The notes under the pieces: generated by a model
Told to the model about the DNA's origin: nothing
The model's input: the letters and a program-made list of their open reading frames with translations, nothing else
Database searches by the model: none
From: Marsupella aquatica
Taxonomy: Eukaryota > Plantae > Marchantiophyta
Length of the DNA stretch: 64,000 bases
Direction of reading: 5' to 3'
Assembly: GCA_973895155.1 (NCBI GenBank)
Contig: OZ316893.1
Coordinates: 18,445,836-18,509,835 of the forward strand
In this document: piece after piece, positions 12,609-25,129 of the stretch
How the letters are laid out: each line of letters opens with the position of its first letter
Numbering within the stretch: position 1 is the stretch's first letter
Translations under genes and position numbers: made by a program

Positions 12609-13750
12609 GCTGCGAAGAGGCACCCATTGGTAATGCTCGGCGCCCTGACGCCAAACGGCAATAATAGCGTCCTCCATTAGGCGGTCAGGCATTGGGGGCA
12701 TCCATTCAACTTTAACTTGGATCAAAATAATGACGTGCTCATGTCGAGGTTGGGGGCTGCCCCAGACCATGATAATAAATACATAATGGCATGGTTATCA
12801 CTAACTGTGGCGACGGCTCTATCATGGGCAACAGAGCCACCGCCCATGATGACAAAAGGCAATAACAGCGGAGATTAGGCAGTCAGGTGAAGGGGGCTGT
12901 CATTCATTTAATGACAGGTCACGAAACCTGGACGAGACTTTTCGAGGGCTACGATGGACGTATTGCACGGACCAAATCTCGGTCCACACCAAGCCATCCT
13001 CATATTTTGGTCTGCCTGCTGTCATACCAAGATACCGGATCTAGTAAGGCCATAAATCTTTGATGCGAGGTCGGGTGCTTTACGACGCCCGTGGGCAATG
13101 TTCGGTGCCTCGACAGAAATGGTAATTAACACCGCCCTCTACACGGCGCTCAGGACAAAGGGGGTCTATCAGTTATCTGTTATGTAGGGGTTTTATGGCC
13201 AGGGTTTAGGGTCTGCAAGGGGCTTCGCCCAACGCTTCTGGAATGTTGTCGCGAGAACCATTAACCCTAACCCCTCAAAAACCTCCAACCATACTAGCAT
13301 CCGTCCAAACGTCCATACCATGATATACTGATGTCTCTGTACCAGATCAATGAATGCATAGCATATCTTACCACACTGTGCTGCGTGCTTACCGTCAGGG
13401 CTATTGGGCTTGTTATACCGCGACGTTAGTGCTGCATTACTGCGGCGCCGGAAATGTATTTCGGCGTAAGTCACGGTATGGAAATGTCTCGCCGTGCCAA
13501 CCTCTGGCTCCGAGAGATGTCATGTCCGTGCCCTAAGTACAGATGACAGGGGAGTGGCAAGAAGTACCAAAAGAAGCACAACCTTGTTTAGGGGATTACG
13601 ATGGTCACTACATTTCCGGACTCAGTGGTCTTGACACTGCGGTCGAAAGGCGTGCTTCCACAAGTTGCCATTTCCTGTGCCCACTCGCGCTCCGATAACC
13701 AATTTCAGCCAGCAGGGTAACTTTCTTAGTGTAGGTTTTCATTGGCAGTC

Positions 13751-15410
13751 ATGGTGACTCCAATTGCAAGTGGAGTTAGAACCGATTGCATGGAAGCAGA
13801 AGATGGGATGCATTACACCAGGGTTCGCAATTGCAAACAGCCAACTAAACTAGATTGGAAGTGCATCATTCCAGGTTGTCCGATAGGGAAGGCTTACACC
13901 ACATTGAAGGGCATTAACGATCATTGGTTGAAGTGCCACCAATCTGGGAATACACCACAGTTGAGCGAAGAAGAAAATCGAAGGCGAAACCAGGAGAACG
14001 TGATTGCCGCAACCCGGAAGAAATTCGAAATCGTGAAATGCACTGTTGGATTCTTCCCGTGGAGGTGGCAGCAAGCCCAAATGTCAATGCTAGAGGGAGA
14101 GAAGAAAAGAATTGTCCAAGAATATCTCACTCGTCATCTTAGATACCTGCAGCGGGGGGCACCTTCGGCACCTTCGGAAGTTCCTGACCTGCTCGTTTGT
14201 TTTGCTGCTCTCGATATTCCTTATTTGGGCGATACCGTGCTCTTGAAGCACCCTCAGTACAGAGTGTGGCTCACCGCGCACTTGAAGCTTGTTCTTCAAG
14301 ATCCACAGCACCGTCTCTTTCGAGACCACATGAGGAAAAAAATTGTAGCCATGCAAACTATGCACAAGCATTCCGTATCGACGAGGGAGGGGAAAAAGGC
14401 AGCTGCAGGAATGACAAAAATGCTGACATGCTTCAGCAGAGTTGTATCAGCTTTTACGCAACAGGGCGTGGATCCAGACCTCACCAAGTTGTTGAAGGAG
14501 GCGATGGATTACATGGAGGATGCTGAAAATTATTTCTGGTTCGATTCCTTCAATGCTGCGCCGTCCGCCGAGCTGCACGACGCATTGGTTTTGAAGTTTA
14601 TGGACTGGAAATTCAGTGCTCTAGGCAGAAAGAAGAAACTTGCCGTTGCCCAAACAGACAGAGCCATTCGGGCCAAACAACTCGCGTCTCTCGGCATCGT
14701 GGAGGACCCGGGGGTTGCGGATGAACAGGTAAGCCTCGATGCGTGCCCCACATTAAGCATGTACATATTATGGGTCTTTATTCAATCGCGTATGGCCTTC
14801 ACACAAAATCCAACTTATGAACTCTGCAAACAATCCATCCTGTACGATATTTGAGGTATCGAATGTTATCACATGACAACATATTATACATAATGGGGGT
14901 CACAGATATTGGGGGTCGACTGCAGATTTTGGATAGCCTCGGTAAATGACAAGTACGCTGGTCATGATCGAAGAGTGCTGTTTGGTTGAGCAGGGTAGGT
15001 TCTATGATTCGGAAATTGATCAGTCGGAGCTGGACTATGAGTTCAAACCATCCGTTAAAGCAGTGGACATCCTTCAGGAGGTTCGGGCGTTCGTGTTGGA
15101 AAACCCGCACTTGAGGCCGGCAGAACTCACTGAATGGGCTGAAGGCCTTCCAGAGACAGATGAATGTGGCGCGCAGGACAAAGTGCTCCACATCGAGCCA
15201 CTGGGGAACCTTGGATCCCTCCAGTGGGAACACGGATTCCAGACATATGTTAAGGAAAAGCTTCAAACGTTGGTTGACAAAGGTACGTTGAAGTATTGTG
15301 AAACCTGCATCGGTGAATTCGCTAGAGCAGAGAGATTGCATACCGGGGACAAAGATGTATGCGCAGTTTTGTTCAAAAACCGGATACTCGAGCTTCACAT
15401 CATGTTCTGA
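13751..15410 (+). CDS. Unknown zinc-finger protein, paralog A; two exons 13751-14728 and 14994-15410 (464 aa), apparently intact
   Basis: WKCIIPGC...INDHWLKCH finger; phase-0 GT..CAG intron joins the two ORFs in frame; both exons align to paralog B (28320-29805). Confidence 0.8.
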
Positions 15411-15908
15411 TGTAGTTCAACTTACTACATCACTTGTATAATTAACCCAGCCGTGTGGCATCCCTTCTATTTCACAAACAAATATCTGTGGCATCTGGTT
15501 TGAACAGAAATTACAAAAATTTAGGGACGAGAAGAGGTAAAGGTGTAGGGACTGGCACCTTGTTAGGCCGGGTAGTCATAGTTCCACCTCTTGCCTGGTT
15601 CGGTTATGCATATGGATGGTACACGAGGATACCACCCAGGATCTTTTGTTTTTCCTTTCTCTGGCTATCTGTACAAGAGTTTTGCCCCAATAACCCAGAC
15701 TTTGGAGTGATCGTGTATATTGAAGTAGATGACTCAGTGCATATCCGAGTGGACGCAACGGGAGTTGAAGTCAGGGCTAACAAGCTACCAATTTCTCGCC
15801 CAATAAGAGGTACTAAACATTCACACTATTTGCATTATGAAGCTCTATCGGTCCTACCGTAGTTATATGATTTTGAACCAGGGTACTAATTATTTGTATT
15901 CACATTAG

Positions 15909-17111
15909 GTGTGGCCGTGGGTGGAGGGAAGAAGAGGAAGGGCGCCCAAGTGAGCAGCGAACCAGCGGTTCAGGTGAGCATCACCAAAACGGAGTCGAGA
16001 AAGAGGAAGAACATATTGGGTACAACAGAAACGCCATCATTCATCATTGGCACAGACAAAGCATCCAGACGTGGGTCAGTGGCCGCCGAACCTGAAGTTG
16101 CGCAGCGGACTAGAAGGAACAGAAGCCTTCCTGTAGATAACAATGAACTCACAACCCCCTGTGAGGGGACAACCTCCGTCCCTGTTGTTAAAAGAAGCAG
16201 CGTCCGAAACGAATTGGTAAAGACAGTCGCATGTCCGAAAGTTGTAAAAGGTCGGAGTTTGCGTACGAAGGAACCCGGGCACGTTACAGACCCAGGGTCC
16301 GAAGGCTTGCGCACTAGTGAAATCCAAAGCAGGGCAAGATCCTCAAAAAAAAAGCAATCTGATGTTGACTCTGGCACACCTCGGAAGCGTCGTCGTGCAA
16401 CGAAAAGTAACCCAATTATAGGGACTGAGGCATCTTCCCCTCATGAACTTGCTTCAGGTATGACATTCACGCATAAGGATAGTTTACTTCCGTTCCATTC
16501 ATGAATATTCCTAAATGGCCAAATCCTATTAATGATGTCGTCTAGGGTGTATATTCTTATCACGGTATGCGTTTGGGTGTGGTTCACAGAAACCTTGGCC
16601 GCTCTGAGTATGGCGGTAGTTCATCCCGGTCCAACCAATCCGAATGCGACAATAGACGATCCGGGAACACCAACAGAGAACAGCCCCCCGTTGCCCTCAA
16701 CGCAGCCCGGTACGTAGGCAACGAGCAATTCGGGCGTCATTTTGTCTATGACGAGTTCATTTTGCACGGTGGTCCATTGGTATGGTGAATGGACTAGATT
16801 AATTATCACGGTATGATCTTGGATTCTGTGGGCAGAACCCCCGCGCGGTCCGAGTGGCGATCCTGGTCCAGACGCGGACACCGGCCCCCCGTCGCCTTCA
16901 AGGCAGCCTGGTACGTAGGCAACGGAGAAATTCGGGCGTCGTTTTGTCTTTGACCAGTTCAATTGGCGTTGTGGTCCAGTGATATGCAGAATGGACTGGA
17001 TTGATTATCACGGTATGATCCTGGATTCTGTGTGCAGAACCCCCGCGCGGTCGAGTGGCGATTCTGGTCCAGACGCGGACACCGGCCCCCCGTCGCCTTC
17101 AAGGCAGCCTG
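15909..17111 (+). CDS. Basic/Ser-Thr-Pro-rich low-complexity exons, probably the N-terminal part of the HAD/Tnp1-like gene
   Basis: 197-aa open frame with NLS-like clusters (KKRK, RKRK, RKRRR), GT donor at ~16458, then short AG/GT-bounded exons (~16590-16709, 16836-16910, 17037-17111). Confidence 0.5.
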
Positions 17112-17200
17112 GTACGTAGGCAACGGAGAAATTCGGGCGTCGTTTTGTCTTTGACGAGTTCAATTTGCCCGATGGTCCAGTGATATGGTGAATGGTCCAG
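16555..17200. repeat. ~201-bp exon+intron tandem repeat (about 3 units)
   Basis: GGTACGTAGGCAACG recurs at 16709, 16910, 17111; ATCACGGTATG at 16559, 16805, 17007. Confidence 0.9.
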
Positions 17201-17339
17201 ACGCAGACAATGGACCCCGGTTTAATGATATGAGGGATGCTCTTCAATAGGTATCATAGTATGCTGTTGGCTTTCTGTGGACACAACCTATGCCCGTCCC
17301 GAGGCGTCCCGAGTGTAACCATAGCCAATTCGGATGCAG

Positions 17340-18127
17340 GCGTACTAGTTGTGCTGGACCTTTCTGGCACGCTATGGGAAAGGCGACGCGACAGCACGCA
17401 AGAAGATGGTTTTATCATGTGTAGTCGGGGACAATGTAGACTGCGGCCAGGTTGTCTTCGATTTGTGTATTGGTTGCTGGAGCATTTTACGGTTGGGATT
17501 TGGTCGTGTGCTGCATCACACAATGTGATGCCGTTATTGGAGGGGGTTTTTGGTCATGTGACAGTAAACCTGTTCAGGTTCATTCTTTGCCAAGACAATG
17601 TTTACTCCTCGGGCTACTGCTATTCGGGGTCGTCTCAGCGGATCATGCTGAAGCCCACGGCCCTCATCGCAGCAAAATGGCCCAAATGGCCCAAATTTGG
17701 ATATCGCTACACTGTCATCGTTGACGACAGCCCGGTGAAATTTATGCGCAGAAGTCCGGGTAATAATATATACCTCCCGGAGTGGCCAAGAAAAGGTGCT
17801 GCTACTCCCGATTACGGAGACCCATTTGCAAACAGGTTTCTCTTGGGTTGGGTGGCTCCAAGGTTGAGCAATCTCAAGCGATGCCTGGATGATGGGGTGG
17901 TTCAATCCGTACCGGAGTTTCTAAGTGTTTTTAAAAACCGCGTCGAGGATCAGTATGTCAACACGCAAACGAAGGCGCACGGCAGGCTTGCCCGAGACGG
18001 AAACCTGGGTCTGAAAGCATGGCTTGGTCTGTATGGCCTAACGTTCTCATCTCATTGGTCTTGTTTTCCATTACATAAATTGCCGATAGCAAAGTCCTTA
18101 CTCTGTGTTGTTTCCATGGGCAGATGA
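17340..18127 (+). CDS. FCP1/SCP-like (NIF, HAD-superfamily) phosphatase-like domain
   Basis: LVVLDLSGTL (variant motif I), LRPG..F, VGIWS (motif II), K (MLKP), TVIVDDSPVKF (motif IV), NNIYLPEW; the order and spacing match NIF domains. Confidence 0.8.
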
Positions 18128-18361
18128 GCGTATTCTTGGCGCTTGGGATTTGCAGGCGGCGCATAACAGCTGGTTGGAGGCACCAAGCTTTCGAAGCAAA
18201 TTCGGCATAACCCCGACATGTAAGCCCAACTGAGTAACTGACTAAAGTACAACTTTACATAGCGCATTCTTTGATTTTAGTGTTAAAATGATTGTTATCA
18301 ACGGTATGGATTCATGTGATGACGCGCATTGTTGACTAAAGAGAATTCACATTTCATGCAG

Positions 18362-18837
18362 ACACAACGTGGGATGCATGGCAGAGCAACAGAAAAATTG
18401 TGGAATTCATGGTGGGCTGCTCTTGCGCCCTGTTCTCCATGGAACGCCGAACTGACCCCACTGACAAAAGTCGGTTATTTGGGAGGGCTGAGGGTTTGTC
18501 TATTGACCCTCACATGGAAATCAGTTCTAGAAGGAAGGGAAATATGCTATTAGGAGAAGGGTTTGTTTATGTCAAACTTCTCGAACTTCCATCAACTGTG
18601 CAGACCGGAGGACCCGATTGGGATCCAGCTCTCTCAAGGCAGGGGTGCCTCTACAAGAACTTGCGGGTGGGGAACAAAATACGTTGGCCACTGAGTCTGG
18701 TATCGCCCTGTAAAAGCGCGCCCCGTGGGCATATCGGATTGAGGACTGTGCCCTCTCCTTGCAGGCCACGCTTCATAGTCCCTGAACCTCCTCCTTTAGA
18801 AGTGGACAATCTATATCCGGTCGTTCCCGTCAGTTAG
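18362..18837 (+). CDS. Terminal exon with Tnp1/En-Spm-like transposon accessory domain, paralog A
   Basis: SCAL...FGR...LGEGFVYVKLLE...DWD...G.KIRWPLSLVSPC aligns with 26662-27194; the G..I.WP..LV ending resembles Transposase_23-type domains (family call from recall). Confidence 0.55.
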
Positions 18838-19283
18838 CTGGCTCCATAGTACTGTAGCTATTTTGGGCGTCGAGGGAATGTTTTCTTAGAGCATCCCCAC
18901 TGGTCGCTCCATTTGCGGGCCGGTATTGGGGGTATTTTCAGAGCTCATGGGGGTCGGGCCATCCGTCCAGTAGTTGCCTCGGACCTTTTCAGGCTGTAAA
19001 AAGTAGTGACCAGCTGATGTTCCCCTCCAAAGAATGTCGAACACTGCGAATGCATGTTTTGCTTTGCTCATAGCTCATGGTTTCTCGCTGTGTTGTTATT
19101 TGTGTATTTCAGTGGATAGCATTGCGCTTGCCTTGGACACAAGTTGCATATGGTAATGGTAATGGTAATGGTAATGTATTATAAGCTCCGGGACCATGAA
19201 AGTCAAAGGAGCTGCCACAAAAAGTAAAGTACAATGCAATCAAAGAAAAGAGCAACCAAAAGAAATTGCTCAGAAGAGGACAA

Positions 19284-22200
19284 CTATGTCCTCAAAGAAA
19301 CTATGGACCTAGAGAGCCCTGAAAGATTTTCCAAACCTATTCTCCTTTCCCTATCCACCGCAAAGATATATCTTCCAAGTTGCTGAGGGGGCAGACCAAA
19401 CAATGCATACAAATCTTTCACCAAGATTTGAGATGCCATCCTAACCCCCTCATAAAACTTGCAAGCAATGAATACATGATATTCATTCTCTATACTAGAG
19501 CTATCACATAGTTGACAAACCCTCTTTTTCCTGTCAATATCCTTCCATCTCCCTTGTTCTACTTCAAGGTGGTGTGAGCTTAGTCTATACTGAGCAATAA
19601 GTTGTCTAAGTTGTACTGAGATAGTGCTAGATAAGTATTCTTGTTCTCGATATTTCTTCATGGGGTTCACATCTCTCATGTAGTATTGCTGCCGTGGGCT
19701 AGGTTCATGCCAAAGTTTGTGCAAAGCCTTTTGCTCAAGTTTTGCTCTTAGCTTGGTTGGGTGTGTTGGCCATTCATGTTCAGGAAAATCCCAAGCATGG
19801 GCCCACCTGCACACATCTGCATACCACCCTTTAGCTGAAGATGAGCGCAAGGCATGAAAAGGAAATCTGTTTTCCTCCAACTCTCTTACACGCATGATGT
19901 ATTTGAGTGTGTGGAAGAGTGCCTCCACCTCCAAAGGAAACAAGCCTGCCTCTGCAAGTGTAAGTGTATATGGGGTTTGTGACTTGATCCCAAGCTCCAT
20001 CTCAAGAAATAGCTTTTGCAGCCCCTCAATCTGTTGCCACCCAGATTTAGACACACCTGCTCCCCAAATTGGTGCTCCATAAAGAATGACTGGTTTCACC
20101 AAAGCTCCAAAGAGATGTTTCCTTAACCTCCAAGTGTGTAGACCAGCTCTTTTGCATTTGTTCATGAATGCATAAAAAGCTCTGTACCCATTGGCAGCCC
20201 TAGATTTTACACATGAGGCCCAACTCAAGTTTTGAGAGAACTCCACCCCAAGGTATTTGTAGGTCCTCACAAATTCCACCAGATTCCCTTGGAAGTAGAG
20301 CTCTGGATTTTGTCGTGTGCCAATGCCCAAACACTTGGTCTTCTTGAGGTTGACTACCATCCCTGTTGCTTGACAAAACTCCTCCAAGGCATTGAGATGT
20401 CTTTGCAAAGCTTCTTGAGCATGAGCAAGTAGGACCACATCATCTGCAAATATAAGAAGTTGGAGGACAAACCTACCCAATTGAGTGCCAACTCCACCAT
20501 GCTCCTCCAAAATGTTGTGTAGTTGATCAATGAAGATGCCAAATAGAGTTGGTGAGAGAGGACAACCTTGGATCACCCCAAGAGTGCTCCAGATTTCTTC
20601 AGAGGTTTCCTTTGAAAGTTTGATGCGCACTTCTTGGTACAATTTAGAAACAGCCAACCTGAGCTCTTCAGGCACTTCCAACTCCACCATCCTATCCCAA
20701 AGCTTGGATCGGGAAACTTTGTCAAAGGCCTTGGAGAAGTCCACAAACAAGCAAAATAATGGTTTATGTGGAGATTTGGCCTTTTCACACAACACCCTCA
20801 AGCAGAGAATGTGATCCATAGTGCTGAATTCTCTCCTAAAACCTGCTTGTGAAGGTGCCCTTTTCATCTCACTCTCCAACCAAGAGCTTAATCTGGCTTC
20901 AAGTAGTCCTCCCAAAACTTTAGCAAAAGTATTGCCTACCATGATGGTTCTGTAGTTGTGCACATCGTCCTTGTTGCCTGCCTTGAAGATAGGCACCACT
21001 CTTCTGGTCATCCAAGCTTTAGGTAAACCTAAAGCCATTGCTTGATTCAGCTCATGCACCAAGTTTGTTAATAAAGAGGGTCCTCCCCACAAAAGAAGCT
21101 CCAAGTTCAGGCCCAACAGATCTTTAGCTTTCCCATGTTGCATGTGGGAAAGATGCACCTTCACCTCCCTCTCTGTAAACTGAATGGTGTCCCCAAGGGG
21201 CAAAGGCATGCCACTAGCATCTGGAAAGAAATACAAGGATGTGACATAGGTTACCAGGTCCTGGTGATCCAAGGGGGGAGTAGTCTTGCCTGATTGCATT
21301 CTCTCCCAAAAACGTTTTGGATGTTTGATGAACTCCTCACATAGTGATTGTTGATGACTCTTCAAGAAGCACCTCTTCTTGTGTTTGATGAAGTTCTTGT
21401 ACATAGTGAATGCCAAAAGTCTCTTTTCCCCTGAATGCGATCTTGCTTGCATCCTTGCTCTAGCACAATCCTCGTCAAACCAAGCCTTCATGTTTTGCTT
21501 TCTAGGGGGTTTGGTGGAGAAAGTAGAGGCTGCTGCTTATGCTATGACTTCTGAGAGCTCAATCTGATCATCCAGGGTATGGTGAAGATGTTCAAAGTTG
21601 GCTTTGAAGATGATTTCTCTATCAGGGTCTAGAAACAGAGGTTTGGGTACTGGCTTTCTATGCACTTTGTTTGGGATTGTGGTCAGGTCAAGATGGAACA
21701 ACAAAGGCAAGTGTGAAGACTCTGGTTGTTGATCAAGTATTTGAAAGTCAACCACTCTAGTGGCAGAGGTAGGTGAGGCAAGAAGGTAATCAATGGTACT
21801 ACATCCTTGTTTAGATCTAAAAGTGTAACCAGATGATTGGGGAAATCTCTCAAGCCCATTCAATATTCTTAGATTACAAGAAGGCTCCCAAATGCAAAAA
21901 GTGACGTGTCATGTCATTTGTTCTGGTGTCAAGAGCCTCTCTCACCCAAGGTATCTCTTCACTACATGATGACCAAGGTAAAGTTCCTAAGTCCTCACTT
22001 TCAGTAAATTGTTCATTAGATACCCTGGCATTAAAGTCCCCCACTATCCATGTCTCCCCTAGTGGTGATATATCATGAATGACTTGGATTAACCTATGAA
22101 ATGGATAATGTGCATCAGCAATTCCCATCTTATAGACATTCATATTAAGGGGAGCAAAGTAGGTGACAATCAGAAATGATGGAGTACCTCTGGTATGAAG

Positions 22201-22488
22201 TCTCACCACCATGAACTGCTTGCTGGGATCTTCATGCTCAATAGAGGTGATGTGTTGAAGTTGATTCTTGGTGTAGACAGCAATGCCTCCAAACCCTCTT
22301 CCCCGTGTGGTCTTCTTCTCATTGAAGATGGATTGTATGCAAGTAAAGCCTTTAATGCTAGGTAGAGCATTTCCCTCATATTCACAAGTCTCCGTGAAAA
22401 GCAAGATGTCAAAATTCTCAAACAAAGGTTCCCCTCCAATTGCTGTTTCTATGGAAAGTCCTGAAACATTCCATGCCATGACTCTCAA
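19284..22488 (-). pseudogene. LINE ORF2 (AP endonuclease + reverse transcriptase + C-terminal Cys/His motif), disrupted
   Basis: WNVSGL, GDFNA, IDY (APE); QAGFR, FVDFSKAFD, QGCPLSP, FADD, YKYLG (RT); C..C...ENEYH....C. 1-bp frameshift near 21884 and CAA>TAA at 21537 relative to copy 2. Confidence 0.95.
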
Positions 22489-22500
22489 GGTCCCGATCCA

Positions 22501-23271
22501 TCATTTAGAAACAACTCTCTTCTTATTGGTAACAACAGCTTGTCCATTGCGCAAGTAGGCTACCAATCCTTGGTCTTTGGCTACCCTCACCTTCTCAAGC
22601 TCAATTTTCCTTGCTTGGACTTGTGTGGGAGTCAGATCATCATCCAACCAAATCCTTAGCCCTTTAAGCATGCTCCTGTTAGCCATCACTCTAGCTTTCT
22701 CGGATTCAGCTGCAAACTTCACCAAGATTGGACGTGGAAGGTCCCCCTTCTTTTGCCCAATCCTATATGCTTGCAAAATGATAGGGTCATGCACTTTCAT
22801 CTGAGATTGGAATTATGAAATTGCTACCTTCTTGGTGTCTTCCTTCTCCTCCTCAACAAAGCCTGATATTTTGCAGTTGCTGACTCTTGCATGCTGGTTC
22901 TTGTGTTCTTCCTCTAGTGCTCTCCTCTCCTCCTCCTTGGCTTGGACAAATTCCATATGTGATTGTTTTGCAGCCTGTGCAAAGGTTTTGAGCTTCTCCT
23001 CAATCTCCCCTACAGCCTCATGTATCACTGATTTCTCTGGGCACATACTCTTCTCCATGTCTCCAAAACACGATGCAAGCAATGAGAGTTGCTTACCATT
23101 CTCCTGAGTTTGAGATCGAAGATCACTAATCAACCTCTTTTGCTTGACATTCTCATTCTTTAGCTCCGTCACCTCCTTGCTGAGTGTGGTAATCTCAATT
23201 GCGGAGTTTTCAGCCACAACTAGGATTTTCTCAAGCAAAGCCTTGAGATGGGCAATCTCCTCCGTTGCCAT
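22501..23271 (-). pseudogene. LINE ORF1 with in-frame TAA at 22813-22815
   Basis: Near-identical to 8943-9713 except TTC>TAA and a few substitutions. Confidence 0.9.
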
Positions 23272-23339
23272 CACAAAGTTGAAACTGTTGTTAGAATGTA
23301 CTCTTAGACGACAAATAGAAATTGGGAGCAGTAGAGGAT

Positions 23340-24383
23340 GTCAGTTGCAGCTCTACCTTTGCCAGTGATACACTCTCGCTGTTTGCAACACTCTGGCAAA
23401 ATCTGAGCTCAAACCGCAGCCGATTGCCCTTCCAACTCGAAGTGAAATTTTGCCCCAAGCTCAGAATCCCAAAACTGGACACGTAGCAGATCGTGCATGC
23501 TAAAGTGCATACCAAACGATGTCGGTTGCAGCTCTACCTTTGCCAGTGATACACTCTCGCTGTTTGCAACACTTTGCCAAAATCTGAGCTCAAACCGCAG
23601 CCGATTGCCCTTCCAACTCGAAGTGAAATTTCGCCCCAAGCTCAGAATCCCGAAACTGGACACGGAGCAGATCGTGCATGCTAAAGTGCATACCAAACGA
23701 TGTCGGTTGCAGCTGTAACTTTGCCAGTGATACATTCTCGCTGTTTCCAATGCCCTGGCAAAGTTTGAGCTTAAACTACAGCCAATTTCCCTTCCAACTC
23801 GAAGTGAAATTTCACCCCAAGCTCAGAATTGCGAAACTGGAGACGTAGCAGATCGTGCATGCTAAAGTGCATATCAAACGATGTCGGTTGCAGCTCTAAC
23901 TTTGCCAGTGATACATTCTTGCTGTTTCCAATGCTCTGGCAAAATCTGAGCTCAAACCGTAGCCGATTGCCCTTCCAACTCGAAGTGAAATTTCGCCCCG
24001 AGCTCAGAATCGCGAAACTGGAGACGTGGCAGATCGCGCATGCTAAAGTGCATACCAAACGATGTTGGTTGCAGCTCTAACTTTGCCAATGATACATTCT
24101 CGCTGTTTTCAATGCTGTTTTCAAAGTCTGAGCTTAAACCGCAGCCGATTGCCCTTCCAACTCGAAGTGAAATTTCGCCCCGAGCTCAGAATCGCGAAAC
24201 TGGAGACGTGGCAGATCGCGCATGCTAAAGTGCATACCAAACGATGTCGGTTGCAGCTCTAACTTTGCCAGTGATACATTTTTGCTGTTTTCAATGCTGT
24301 TTTCAAAGTCTGAGCTTAAACCGCAGCCGATTGCCCTTCCAACTCGAAGTGAAATTTCGCCCCAAGCTCAGAATCCCGAAACT
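23340..24383 (-). repeat. 181-bp tandem monomers (~5.75 units) forming the LINE 5' UTR
   Basis: GATGT(C/T)GGTTGCAGCT recurs at ~23518, 23699, 23880, 24061, 24243. Confidence 0.95.
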
Positions 24384-24732
24384 CCACTTTGCGGTGGATA
24401 GGGAAAGGAGAATAAATACATTGTGAAAGACTCTCCATTCAAGAAACATGATTGATGACATTAATCCCATATTCAGAAAGAACGATCAGATTGGCATACG
24501 ACAATCTCTGAATGAGCGTATGTTAGTCTCCCTAGAGTAAGGAAAAAATAGATGTCATTTTAAACAAAGATTTCTAAAAAACAAATTGTCCCCTTCCCTT
24601 TTATATCCATCCCCTTCATTTACCCTAAGCGTTGTCGCATCAGCCACACATAAATAAAGTCTCACTATGATTAGTTACAAAGAGTAAATGAAAATATAAG
24701 TTCTCACTATGATTCTTTCGAAAGGTATCTGT

Positions 24733-25129
24733 GCCATGTGTAGTTTGAAGTCCTGGAAATCACGGTATGGATGGCAACCAGGCGACGTCCCCGACGGCCT
24801 CCGAGCAGGGTCGTCCAGGCCGGCCTCATCCAGAGGACCGCCTTTTATGTTGAATCCGAAGAGGCTGTCTCGTCTTTACTCCCCAATGTGGAAGAGGTGA
24901 GGAAAACACATTATCCAGGATGTGGAGTGGCTTTGATTGGATTATGCCATGTGTAGTTTGAAGTCCTGGAAATCACGATATGGACGGCAACCAGGCGACG
25001 TCCCCGACGGCCTCCGAGCAGGGTCATCCAGGCCGGCTTCATCCAGAGGACCGCCTTTTATGTTGAATCCGAAGAGGCTGTCTCCTCTTACTCCAAGCCA
25101 GCCTCCGTAAGGAAAACACATTATCCAGG
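24733..25129. repeat. 213-bp tandem duplication
   Basis: GCCATGTGTAGTTTGAAGTCC... starts at 24733 and 24946. Confidence 0.9.

Larger units (their letters stand above)
19150..24383 (-). mobile_element. Full-length RTEX-like LINE, copy 1 (~5.2 kb)
   Basis: 5' 181-bp monomers, ORF1, APE-RT-zinc-finger ORF2, short 3' UTR, (CATTAC)4 tail; colinear with 55898-61111. The clade call rests on the C-terminal motif and microsatellite tail. Confidence 0.95.

Noticed and set aside
13185-13275. TTTAGGG / AACCCTAA as interstitial telomere
   Set aside because: Only isolated one- or two-unit telo-box-like occurrences.
19150-19176. (ATGGTA)n as telomeric repeat, or LINE targeting of the ATCATGGTATG motif
   Set aside because: It is always attached to the LINE 3' UTR; flanks of the eight insertions share no consensus and none clearly sits in a motif copy.
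23340-24383. Regularly spaced repeats as a CRISPR array (also 60070-61111, 36319-36522, 47023-47181)
   Set aside because: Whole units repeat with no unique spacers, there are no cas genes, and the context is eukaryotic.
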